Source: Hypanus sabinus
Taxonomy: Eukaryota
Length of the DNA stretch: 64,000 nt
Direction of reading: 5' to 3'
Assembly (NCBI RefSeq): GCF_030144855.1
Contig: NW_026779681.1
Coordinates: 1 to 64,000 of the forward strand
The notes beneath the pieces were generated by a model. That model worked only from the letters and a program-made list of their open reading frames with translations. It was not told the DNA's origin and searched no databases. Positions 1-10,340 of the stretch are shown here, one piece after another. Within the stretch, counting starts at the first letter, position 1. Every line of letters begins with the position of its first letter. Made by a program: the position numbers and the translations under genes.

Positions 1-300
1 CGCCCTTTTCCCCACTGATGGACGGAATTCCTGACGCTGCTATTGGCTGATTTGCACCACTCCACCTGAAGGACAGCGTCGGGGTGGGCGGAGCGGAGTA
101 GATGGTGCGGCTGCCTCTGCCTCACTGGCTGCGGACCAGCAGAGTCTGAGATCGGCCGAGGATTTCCCTGAGGATATGCAAGGCAGTTTTGTGTTGAGTA
201 ACACTGATATTTTTGTTTTTCTTTCTCAGATCAGCAAGGAAAGAAACAAGGCAAATACCCAGGATTCCAAGAATTAATCTTCAGAAAGGTGTCTCAGGGC
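1..300 (-). pseudogene. Paralog of the putative leader exon + intron of the TRBV pseudogene at 9733-10251; its V exon would lie left of the window
   Basis: 1-300 aligns by eye with about 9985-10280 (e.g. ctgatggacg...gctgctattggctgatttg...cctcactggctgcggacc...cagatcagcaag). The hydrophobic leader-like stretch (minus strand, about 222-272) is frameshifted here, and the donor reads GA instead of GT. Confidence 0.45.
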
Positions 301-319
301 GACTAAGACGGACAGAATG

Positions 320-326
<7 letters not shown>

Positions 327-410
<84 letters not shown>
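327..410. repeat. (GA)n microsatellite
   Basis: Run of gagaga visible directly. Confidence 0.97.
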
Positions 411-412
<2 letters not shown>

Positions 413-629
413 GGGTGACGGAGGGAGGAGAGGAGAGAGGGAATTTGAATATTGAAGTAGACAAGCGCGACTTTAATGCGAACAATATTTTAAGGGAAAA
501 ACAGAAATCTATAAACGCGACGCGAAACAGAGCTATCTCTGCCTATTTTTCCTTGTTTCTATATGTGTTTTTCTGCTTCTATATAAACGACCCGGGTGAA
601 AATGTGGATGGGTGCTTTATTAATTTTGA

Positions 630-1450
630 AGATTGTACGAAATTTGGTGATGATGCCAATAGTGTAGGACTGGCAAAGAATACAATGGGATATCGATCAG
701 CTACAGATATGGCCAGATAAATGGCCGAATGAGTTGAGCGTTGGCAGCGCTAATGTAAGGAGACTGTACACTGTTAAGGGCAAGACCATTACAGCGTTGT
801 TGAGCAGAGGGATTGTGGGGTCCAAGCTCACAGCTCCCTGAAGGTGGTTACATAGGCTGTTCCGAAGGCGTATGGCCTGAGACCAAAGGTCAGGAAGTCA
901 TGTTGCTGCATTATAATCGCATCTGTAGTTTTGCATATAGTTTGTTGAGGCCTTGGGGGGGGGGGGGGTCGCACAAGAGATTCACCAGGTTGCTGCATGG
1001 ATTAGCGGGCAGTTGCTGTCATGGGCTATAATGAGATTGGACAAACACTGGTAATTTTCTCTAGGGTTACCAAGGAGAGATCGGACAAATGTTTATAAGA
1101 CTACGAGAGTCATTGAGTAGACAGACAGTACCTTTCCACCAGAGTTGAAATGCCTAATACCTGGCATAATGCTTTTGTGGTGAGAGGGGGTAATATCAAA
1201 GGAGATGAAAGAGAAAAGTGTTTTTTTACAGAGGGTGGTGGGTGCCTGGAATTTGCTGCCGGGCGGTAGCAGAGGATGACACATTAGGAGCTTTTCACAG
1301 ATGTTTAGATAAGGCACATTAAAGAGAAAAAGTGAGAGATAGGGTCATTGTGCAGGCACAAGATATTTGTTTAGTTGACCATTAGATTATTAATTTGTTT
1401 GGTTGAGCACAACATTGTGGGCCGAATTCCTGTGCTGCACTATTCTATGT
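630..1450 (+). mobile_element. Degenerate CR1 LINE 3' fragment (RT C-terminal region and 3' end)
   Basis: KFGDD-like remnant (aaatttggtgatgat). The tttttacagagggtggtgggtgcctggaat segment and a 3' tail match the better-preserved CR1 copies in this window. Confidence 0.75.
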
Positions 1451-2441
1451 TCCAATAACTAAAACACGCGTCTGAACAGAATATCTAAACGTAAACCGAG
1501 TACCGCTCGTCCTCAGACTCAGTCCACTGTTCTCGGGGAAGGCCGAATGCAAGCCGGCAGCGTAACGTTCTTGTGCTGTGCTCAAGTATCGACAAACGCT
1601 ACAACGATAAGCAGGGAGTTAAATACCGGCGTAATGAAATCATTATATGACCCGCACATATCCACGAGCAGAATTATCGAATCTGTTGCGCAGCCGAGCC
1701 CTGGCTGTGACAGGGCTTCCGCATCCTTCCTCTGTCTTGGTTGGTTGAACTCCATCGGACTCTCCTCTGTCCGGCTCTGCATCCTACCAAAGACCCTTTG
1801 TCAGCAAAGACCAACGTTATGCACTCCCCACAACACAACCCAACTTCGCGTTTCCTGTAACCGTGTTTACCCACTCTTCCACTTCCCCCTCGAAGTCAGT
1901 TACGAGAGAAACTGTACAAGTGGTGTATAAAGCGAGCGGAATAGCAAAGTGGTGTTTATGGGTTTACGGAACTTTCAGCCATCTGATGGCGGAGGGGAAG
2001 AACTTGTTCAAGGATCTTTCACTCTTTCGTATCCTGTGCCTCAACTGCGCTGGTCGGAAGGAGAAGCGGAAATGTTCCGGATGGTGAGGGTGCTGAGAGA
2101 TCTATACCAATCGCCTGTGTCACGACGTGATATCTGTGTAAATCTATGATTTCAACGAGATTTGTCGAGTTTTATTTGGTAACTGGACGGTTGATTTGGT
2201 TTTGATAGAAGGGCAGAATATGTAGAGGTACAGGTACCCACTGGAGAGGGACCAAGTTGAAATCCCCTTTGAGAAGCCGTGCATGTCCTTCATTTTTCCT
2301 TTCAGTTAGTACTGACGAAGGGTCTCGGCCCGAAACCTCGACAGTGTTCCTCCTTATAGATGCTGCCTGGCGTTTTGTGTTCCACCAGCCTTTTGTGTGT
2401 GTTGCTTGGATGTCCTTCATTGCCCGATGCATGGTGTGATA

Positions 2442-2455
2442 TCGCCCTCTGCTGG
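2442..2455 (-). promoter_or_regulatory. CTCF-binding-like motif
   Basis: Minus strand reads CCAGCAGAGGGCGA, close to the CTCF core consensus CCASYAGRKGGCRS. Confidence 0.55.
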
Positions 2456-2839
2456 ACAGATGGATAAAATAAATTAATTCTATCCCACGTGATACCCTAC
2501 CAAAGTCATGTTGCAGGACGAGACAGACACTGGCCGACTCACCAACACAAATTTCATGTTTTCAATGCCCTCCCGTCCGCGTGTCAAATCCTTGTCTCAA
2601 TCTCCGGAATTCCGGAATGACTGACCAGTTCTACAGCTGGCCGAGAGCCCGCCAAGTCGGCCTGCACGTCCTTATTCAGCAATATTATCCGTAGACGGAG
2701 ACTACAAATTCCCGCGCTTCACGAAATCTGTCCATGGCATAAATACATAGGTTGGAAATCCAGCCGGAGTGATTCTCTGCTGATTCCACGCTGGAGATGC
2801 CTCCCCTTTCTGAGTGCGTCACCTTCAGCTCCTCCTACA

Positions 2840-2853
2840 GCGCCCCCTCCTGG
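2840..2853 (-). promoter_or_regulatory. CTCF-binding-like motif
   Basis: Minus strand reads CCAGGAGGGGGCGC, in the same orientation as the 2442 motif. Confidence 0.5.
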
Positions 2854-3154
2854 TCTCCAGGCGACCAGGCCTCCAATCACAAGGGGAGGAATGGTGGATC
2901 ACTATCAGAACCGGAATCGGTTTTATCATGAATTCTATATGTGGTAAAATTTATTGTTACTTCGACAGCAGTCTGGTGCAATAGATCAAACATATGATCA
3001 ATTACAGTAAATGTAAATAAACACACAAATAAATTAATAAAAAGACGACTGCATGGAGAATAAATAGCAGATAAATAAATAGACTAATACGGAAATTAAT
3101 AAATAGTTATATAAGCAATTACATGTACAATAAAACAGAAAGAGTGCACCACAG

Positions 3155-3157
3155 GCG

Positions 3158-3197
<40 letters not shown>
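3155..3197. repeat. (GC)n(CA)n compound microsatellite
   Basis: gcgcgcgcgcgc followed by cacaca. Confidence 0.95.
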
Positions 3198-3199
<2 letters not shown>

Positions 3200-3745
3200 G
3201 TGGGCGGGGGAAGACTGAATTAGTGTTCATGGTGCTCATTTGCCGATCAGAAATCTAATGGCGGAGGGCAGACGCTGTTCCTGAACCAGTGACTGTGGCT
3301 CCTCGGTCTCATGTATCTCATCTCTGAGGGTATGAATGGGAAGCGGGCATGTCCTGGGTGGTGGGGGTCGTTAATGGATGCGGCCGTTTGGAGGGTTCGC
3401 CGCTGGAAGATGTCCTTGACACTGGGGATGCTACTGCTCATGATGGAGCTGACTGAGTTTACCAACCTCTGAACAGGAGAAATTCCGCAGATGCTGGAAA
3501 TCTAAATCAATACACAGTAAATGCTGCAGGAACTGATCAGATCAGGGCGCAGCTATGGAAATGAATAGATAGAACACGCTTCGGGACGCGTCCATCTCTT
3601 CAGCATTTTCCGACCCTGCCGATTGGCCCCTCCGCACCAGAAAGGGGACTGCAGGTAGTCTGCCCGGAAGGGGCGGCGCGTCGATGAGGCGCTTTTCTCC
3701 CCAGTCGCTACCACTCACAACACAGAGAAGGATCCCGGAGAGAGG

Positions 3746-4427
3746 ATGCTGCTGTTTCTCGCCCTGGCGCCGTTGCTTCAGAGTAAGAAATAATCTCACG
3801 CAATAATTATTCTTCAATACGTAACAGGTTTGGTCACTTATATCGGAAAGATGTTAAACTAGGACCAGTACAGTAAAGATTTAGCCAGACGTTGCGGGGA
3901 TCTGCGCGCAGAGTCACAAGGGGAGTTTGTTTGGGTTAGAATTTAATTTCCGTGAAAGTCGGGGATAAGGGCATGGAGTTAAAAGGGGACGGGAACGGGC
4001 GCTTAAAACGAGACGGCACGGGTTGATGATGAGAGACAGAGCACCTGGTTCGTTTCCTTCTAAACCCCGTCCTCCCGTTTAACAATAGATCGTCCGTACT
4101 CGGGTCTTCCCATTCACTTAACTCTCCGCACTTCCCGTTCCCTTCCCCAGGAGCGACCTCGCCAGGACACGCCGGTTCTCTCCAAATCTCCCGGCGAGAG
4201 CGTGGATCCTGGCCGACGGTACCGATAGCAATTGTCTCTCGTGGTGCCGACAATATCCGGGAAAGGCGATTCAGTTCCTGTTTCATTCCACGTATACTGG
4301 CTCAGTAATTCCAAAGGGGGCCGTGGACGGCTTCACCGCCCGGAGACCCGATACAAAGACATTCATTCTCAGCTCGGCCAGCGTGCGCCCGGAGCAGTCG
4401 GCCGTTTACTTCTGCGCATGCAGTCCA
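3746..4427 (+). pseudogene. TRBV: T-cell receptor beta-like V segment pseudogene (V1): leader exon 3746-3782, intron 3783-4150, V exon 4151-4427
   Basis: Leader MLLFLALAPLLQ with a phase-1 GTAAGA donor and a pyrimidine tract + CAG acceptor. The V exon reads QDTPVLSKSPGESV / ILADGTDSNCLSWCRQYPGKAIQFLFHSTYTGSVIPKGAVDGFTARRPDTKTFILSSASVRPEQSAVYFCACS. Two frameshifts, first Cys missing, and the spliced frame ends in TAA. Confidence 0.9.
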
Positions 4428-4466
4428 CACAGTGGCTCAGCGACAAGCCGGGGCCCGACAAAAACC
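4428..4466 (+). other. V(D)J recombination signal sequence, 23-bp spacer, perfect consensus
   Basis: CACAGTG (4428-4434) + 23 nt + ACAAAAACC (4458-4466). Confidence 0.97.
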
Positions 4467-5264
4467 TTCACCGGCGACAGAAAGTAGGTGATCTGTGAGA
4501 GTCAGTGATCAGTGCTGCACAGAACACGCACTTGTTCATTAAAACACGTACAAGGACTGTGAGGAGTTTGCACATTCTCCACGTGACCTCTTGGGCGTCG
4601 TCTTGTTTCATCACAGATTCACACTCCTTCCTGCCTTTGAGTAGGGCAACTGATGTCATGTCTCGAAAGGCCTGCTACCGTGCCGTTTCCGCCAAAAAAA
4701 CCGATAAAATATGAATGTTTTCTGACAATAACGGTGTGATGAAATGAGTTACGCAGGGCAGTTTGTTTGTATTTTCAACACAGAGTGTGGTGGGAGCCTG
4801 GAATGTGCTGCGACGGGTGGTGGAGCTGGAGGCAGATACGACAGAGGCTCATTGACAACACGAGTTAAAATAGTGAACAGGGTAACGCTACTGTCTGTCA
4901 ATAGCGGAACATCTCTATAGAGTGAAGACGACGAGAAATTTGATTAACGGGAGGGTGATGGATCTGCAGGAGGCTGAATATTCATACGTCCTTGGGGAAA
5001 GAGCTGGTTCACCTCGTAACTATTCTTGTCCAACGTGTGCGGGGCAAGTTTCATTCCACAGGGAGCGGTGCTGCCTGAAACGCGCGGATAGTTGTGGTGG
5101 AGGTGGCGGGTGTGACAAGAGACAGATGGACAGGTACCTGAACAAGTAGTGAATGGAGGAACATGGACCGTATGCAGATGCGCCTAGCTTAACATGCATC
5201 ATTTCCTGTACTGTTCCATTTCGTAATTTCCTCTGCGCTCAACCATACTTCTTATGACCGTGTA

Positions 5265-5303
5265 GATTTTTGTCGCGTCGCCCCATTTCTCTGAGCCACT
5301 GTG
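5265..5303 (-). other. V(D)J recombination signal sequence, 23-bp spacer
   Basis: Minus strand CACAGTG (5303-5297) + 23 nt + ACAAAAATC (5273-5265). Confidence 0.96.
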
Positions 5304-5993
5304 TCGACTCCAGGCGCAGAAGTACACGGCCGAGTGATTTGCCCAGATCTAGTCGTTTGTTAGAAAGAAGGTCTTTCCCTAAGGCCTCTTGGCGATGAAA
5401 CCCTCCACGGCTTTGTCCGGAGTTACTATATCTGTGCCAGCGGATTCGAACAGGTACTGTGGAGCCTCTCCCGGGTATTGCCGGTACCAGTGCATGTACG
5501 GATCGCTACTACCTCCGGATAGCGTGCAGTTCAGTCGGACATCCTTCCCTGGAGGCGCGGAGACAGCCTGCGGAGTCTGATGGATCTTCTGCGAATTCGC
5601 CTCTGGCCCAAAGACAGGGAGAAGAGAACGGTCAGTGAGTAGGGGGAGCTAGGCACAGAAGAAATGGTCAGCGACGGGTGAGTGAGCGAAAGCAGAGGGA
5701 CGACTACGCCCAGGAGCACAATCTGTCCATTCGGTCCGCGACTATTTACTAGCCCCTACGTAGCTATCGGTGTATTCTCACCAACACACTATTTATTTCT
5801 GAAACTACTCGAAGCCAATAAACATTTTACTGTACTGAAATAACAAATATTCAGGTGGTGTTGGAATTGGACAGAAAGGTAATTCTTAAAAAAAGTTGTG
5901 GAGTTGAAGGGCTGAAGGGTTGAATACTGGAGCTGAAATTTACTTACCGGAGCAGTAAAAAATATAACCCAGAAGAAGGGAGAGGAATCTCAT
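5304..5993 (-). pseudogene. TRBV: T-cell receptor beta-like V segment pseudogene (V2): leader exon 5993-5948, intron 5947-5603, V exon 5602-5304
   Basis: Spliced translation MRFLSLLLGYIFYCS-EANSQKIHQTPQAVSAPPGKDVRLNCTLSGGSSDPYMHWYRQYPGEAPQYLFESAGTDIVTPDKAVEGFIAKRP*GKTFFLTND*IWANHSAVYFCAWSR. Both Cys and WYRQ are present. GTAAGT donor and CAG acceptor. Two in-frame TAG stops (5381-5379, 5351-5349). The YFCAWS ending is typical of chondrichthyan TCR-beta V. Confidence 0.93.
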
Positions 5994-5999
5994 TTTTGG

Positions 6000-6200
6000 G
6001 CTTTGGCTGCAGCGTCTGCGCCTGGCGTGGGCTCTTGTCTCGTTTTCTGATTTCGTTGGACTGGGAGAAACGCGGAGTTGGTGAGCTGGATGAGCTCTGA
6101 GTCCCGCCCCCACCCAATAGACGCAGGAAGTGGGCTGTGGCCAAGTGCAAACGCGGGATTTGATTGGCTCGCCGTCGTCCAATGATCTCCGGAGAATTCG
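6000..6200 (-). promoter_or_regulatory. Putative V2 promoter (GC box, CCAAT boxes, ETS site)
   Basis: Directly upstream of the leader ATG: CCCGCCCC 6103-6110, CCAAT 6114-6118 and 6179-6183, ATTGG 6163-6167, CAGGAAGTG 6124-6132. CpG-rich. Confidence 0.5.
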
Positions 6201-6754
6201 CATGGGCGTGAGGTTGTTTCAACGGCGTGGGGCTCCTTGTGCTTGTTCGCCCTCGGTACCGGTGACATATTTTGGAAATGAATTCTTCACTAAGTCGTCG
6301 CAAATTGCCAAGTGGTCCCGACGCTTTTGTTTCCAACTCCTGAAATTGCACGCTGTACCCCACTTGGTAGCGCTGATCGCCCTTACTCCGTGATCGGTCT
6401 CTCTCGTTCTCTTTCTCCATCTCCACCGTCCCTCGTGGACAAATAAAGGGTCAGTCTATTGTATCGTGTAGTGCAAACTTGCTAACACCTTCGTGTGCGG
6501 TGAACTTCGGCAATACGGGAAACATAAACTGTTGGTTATTGAGCTTTGATGCCGCTGCATTATATTCACCGGGGAAAAAAAAACAGTAAACGACAGCCGG
6601 ATTAAAGTTGCGTCACCTGAGATAAAACCAAGTGAGCGCTGATTTTAATTTACCGAGAATAAGTGTGAATTGTGCTGAGGCGGAGACTGCACTGGCCATC
6701 GTAAAGTGGAATCCACCTCGACGAGGCGGACCCATCAACTGGATTGCAGCCTTG

Positions 6755-6960
6755 GGCGCTATGGTTAGGGATTAGTGCGACGCCATTACATCTCGGGGCC
6801 TATCGGAGTTCAGCGATCAATACAGGTCGCGGCACTAAGTGAATTTTCCCCGGGTTCTTCTATTTCTAACACAACCTAAAGACTAGGCTAATTGGTGACA
6901 GTAATCAGGGTTAATTGGGAGGGTGTTCATTGCCGGGGCCGCCTGGCACGAAGGGGCATT
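6755..6960 (+). mobile_element. Degenerate tRNA-derived SINE
   Basis: ggcgctatggttagggattagtgcgacgcc head, a ttttccccgggttctt...ctaaagactaggctaattgg body and a gggccgcctgg..gaaggg tail resemble shark tRNA-SINEs (from recall). Confidence 0.55.
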
Positions 6961-7169
6961 CTGAGCTGTGTCGCTAAACAAGCAAACAAACAAGCAAATG
7001 AATAAAGAAAAATATATTTAATGTGGAATGATTGTCGCTGCCAGACGGCCTTCAATAATAAAAGTATTCCACACAAGAGATGAAATGTAATATTGCCGAT
7101 TTGTAGGACGTTGTCCAGACCAAAATTTCCGTATAGTGTGCCGTTCCGATCACCTCCCTTGAAAGTGTG

Positions 7170-9470
7170 AAGGGAGAATCTATTCGGCATACCCCGGCTG
7201 CCGGGGTATGTTGACTTGATGGAAGTGACGAGTGGGTTGGGTATTCATCCCCGGGAGCGAAGGAAAAGGAGGGGAGAGTTGAAAGAGTAAGATAAACTGG
7301 CAAATGATACTTAAAGGGTTGACGGTGGATATGCAATGGCAAGCATTTAAAGATCGCATGGAAGAACTGCACTAGTTGTTCCTCCCAGTATGACAAAAGA
7401 ATAAACTAGGGAAGGTAGTGCACCCGTGGTTGACAAGGTACATTAGGGGTAGTATCAAGTCCAAAGAAGAAATATACAAATTAGCCAGAAAAAGCGACAC
7501 ACCTGAGGACCGGGAACAATTCAGAGTCCGACAGCGGAGGACAAAGGGCTGAATTAGGAAAGGGAAAAATGATTATGAGAGAAAGCTGGCAGAGAAAATA
7601 AAAACTGACTGAAAAGCTTTTCTAGATTAGTGAAAAGAAAAATATTGGTTAAGACAAATGCAGGTCCCTAACAGTCAAAGACAGGTGAATTGATCATGAA
7701 AGGACATTGAAAGGACATGGCAGACGAATTGAATAACTACTGTGGTTTTGTCTTCACTAAGGAGGACATAAATAATCTACCGGAAATAGTAGGGGACCGA
7801 GGGTCTAGTGAAATGGAGGAATTGAGGGAAGTACATTTTATTAAGGAAGTGGTGTTAGGAAAATTGAAGGGATTAAAGGTAGATAAATCCCCAGGACCCT
7901 ATGGTTTGCATCTCAGAGTGTTTAAGGAAGTCGCGCAAGAAATAGTGGATGCATTAGTGATAATTTTTCAAATCTCCTTAGATTTTGGAATAGTTCCCGA
8001 GGATTCGAGGGTGGCTAATGTAACTCCACTTTTTAAAAAAGGAGGAAGAGAGAAACCGGGGAATTATAGACCAGTTAGCCCGATATCGGTGGTGGGGAAA
8101 ATGCTAGAGTCGGTTATCAAAGATGTGATATCAGCACATTTGGGATGAGGTGAAATCATCGGACAAAGTCAGCATGGATTTGTGAAAGGGAAATCATGTC
8201 TGACGAACCTTATAGAATTTTTTGAAGATGTAACTAGTAGAGTGGATAGGGGAAAGCCAGTGGATGTGGTATAGTTGGATTTTCAAAAGGCATTTGACAA
8301 GGTCCCACGCAGGAAATTGGTTTGCAAAGTTAAAGCACACAGTATAGGAGGTATGGTATTGATGTGGATAGAGAATTGGTTGGCAAACAGGAAGCACGAA
8401 GTGGGAATAAATGGGATCTTTTGAGAATGGCAGGCAGTGACTAGTGGGGCACCGCAAGGTTCAGTGCTGGGACTACAGTTGTTTACAATATATATTAATG
8501 GTTTAGGCGAGAGAAATAAATGCAGCATCTCCAAGTTTGCGGATGACACGAAGCTGGGCGGTGGTGTTAGCTGCGAGGAGGATGCTAAGAGGATACAGGG
8601 TGACTTGGATAGGTTAGGTGAGTGGGCAAATTCATGGCAGATTCAATTTAACCTGGATAACTGTGAGGTTATGCACTTTGGTTGCAAGAACAGGAAAACA
8701 GATTATTATCTGAATGGTGGCCGATTATGAAAAGCGGAGATGCAACGAGACCTGGCTGTCATTGTATACCAGTTATTGAAAGTTGGCATGCAGGTACAGC
8801 AGGCCTTGATAAAGGCGAATGGTATGTTGGCATGCTAGCAAGAGGATTCGAGTACAGGAATAGGGAGGTTCTACTGCAGTTGTAGAAGGCCTTAGTGAGA
8901 CCGCACCTGGAGTACTGGGTGCAGTTTTGGTCCCATAATATGATGAAATATATTCCTGTCATAGAGGTAGCACAAAGAATGTTCACCAGATTGATTCCTG
9001 GGATGGCAGGACTTTCATATGAAGAAAGACTGGATCGACTAGGCTTAATCTCACTGGAATTTAGAGTACTGAGGGGTGATCTTATTGAAACGTGTAAACA
9101 TTCTAAAGGGATTGGACAGGCTAGATGCAGGAAGATTGTTTCCGATGTTGGGAAGGTCCAGAAAGAGGGGCCACAGTTTAAGGATAAAGGGGATGCCTTT
9201 TAGGACCGAGATGAGGAAAAACTTATTCACACAGAGAGTGGTGAATCTGTGGAATTCTCTGCCACAGGAAACAGTTGAGGCCAGTTCATTGGTTATATTT
9301 AAGAGTGATGTAGATATTGCCCTTGTGGCTAAAGGGATCGGGGGTATGGAGAGAAAGCAGGTACAGGGTTCTGAGTTGGAAGATCAGCCATGATCATACC
9401 GAATGGCAGTGCAGGCTCGAAGGGCCCAATGGCCTACCCCTGCACCTATTTTCTATGTTTCTATGTTTTT
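7170..9470 (+). mobile_element. CR1 LINE, 5'-truncated ORF2 (RT), with 3' tail
   Basis: ORF fragments DKSPGPYGLHLRV, NYRPVS, SGAPQGSVLG, FADDTKLGG, RPHLEY, FTQRVVNLWN. The tail is (ttctatgt)n at about 9450-9470. Multiple stops. Confidence 0.95.
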
Positions 9471-9693
9471 ATTTTATGAACGTTGCAGATCGTGTAAATA
9501 CAACGAGTCTTTATCCGCTGAGTTTTGGGAGAGACATGGAGAGGAAACTCGGGAAGAGAGGGAAGAGTAGGGGGACGTGAGAGCGAGGCAGAATAAAGAG
9601 AGAAAGAACGGGAAAGTGTGATAGAGAGAGCGAAGAGAGTCTGTGCTTGCACCTGGCCAGCCCCACCGCCAGCTGTTTCCTGTCACGTTGGAA

Positions 9694-9732
9694 GGTTTTT
9701 GTTCGGCGCCAGTGTGTCTCTGAGTCACTATG
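9694..9732 (-). other. Recombination signal sequence, 23-bp spacer, with mutated heptamer
   Basis: Minus strand CATAGTG (9732-9726; CAC to CAT) + 23 nt + ACAAAAACC (9702-9694). Confidence 0.9.
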
Positions 9733-10251
9733 AAGACTCCACCCGCAGAAATAGACGGCCGAATGGTTGGGCAGCGCGCCGGGAGAGCTCAGAAGGAACG
9801 ACTCGGCATCCGGTCTCCGTGCGGTAAATCCGTCGACCGCCTCCTGAGGATAGGCAATGTTAACACCCGTGGATTAAAATAGGTTGTGCATCTCCTTCCC
9901 GGGGTATTTTTCTGTACCATAAGAAGGAGTAATCGCTGCTGCTGCCCTTTCGAGAATGAAGTGAGTCAGGAAAGCTGGCCACACCCTTTCCACCCTGATG
10001 GACGCATGTCCTCACGCTGCTATTGGCTGATTTGCTCCACCCTATCTGACCGGCAGTGTCGGGGTGTGCGGAGCGGAGTAGACGGTGCGCCTGCGCTCTG
10101 CCTCACTGGCTGCGGACCCAGCAGATTCTGAGATCGGCGAGGATTTCTCTGAAGAGGTTCAAGGCGGTTTTGAGTCGAGTAACATCGGTGTTTTGGTTTT
10201 ACTTCCGCAGATCAGCAAGAAAAGAAACAAAGCACGTTTCCAGGAAAGCAC
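9733..10251 (-). pseudogene. TRBV: T-cell receptor beta-like V segment pseudogene (V3): V exon remnant about 9960-9733, putative leader 10251-10203
   Basis: GSSSDYSFLWYRK / YPGKEMHNLF*STGVNIAYPQEAVDGFTARRPDAESFLLSSPGALPNHSAVYFCGWSL. Frameshifts and a stop; FR1 and the acceptor are deleted. Candidate leader (GTG)LSWKRALFLFLLICG with a phase-1 GTAAAA donor lacks ATG, so the leader call is less certain. Confidence 0.85.
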
Positions 10252-10340
10252 GAGTTAATGGTTAGAAGGGTGTCTCAGGGGGAATAGAATGTAGAGAAAG
10301 AGACAGAGATGGAGAGGGGGGAGAGAGGTGCGACGGAGGG

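Noticed and set aside
303-720. ORFs rich in ER or SL repeats (also 26325-26527)
   Set aside because: Translations of (GA)n/(CT)n microsatellites.
3936-4286. 116-aa minus-strand ORF and other ORFs overlapping the V genes (5389-5580, 5944-6426)
   Set aside because: Antisense or off-frame shadows of GC-rich V exons and promoter. The real signal is the spliced leader + V + RSS.
7188-7210. Perfect 10-bp-stem hairpin cataccccgg-ctg-ccggggtatg
   Set aside because: Single occurrence inside CR1 debris; compatible with chance.
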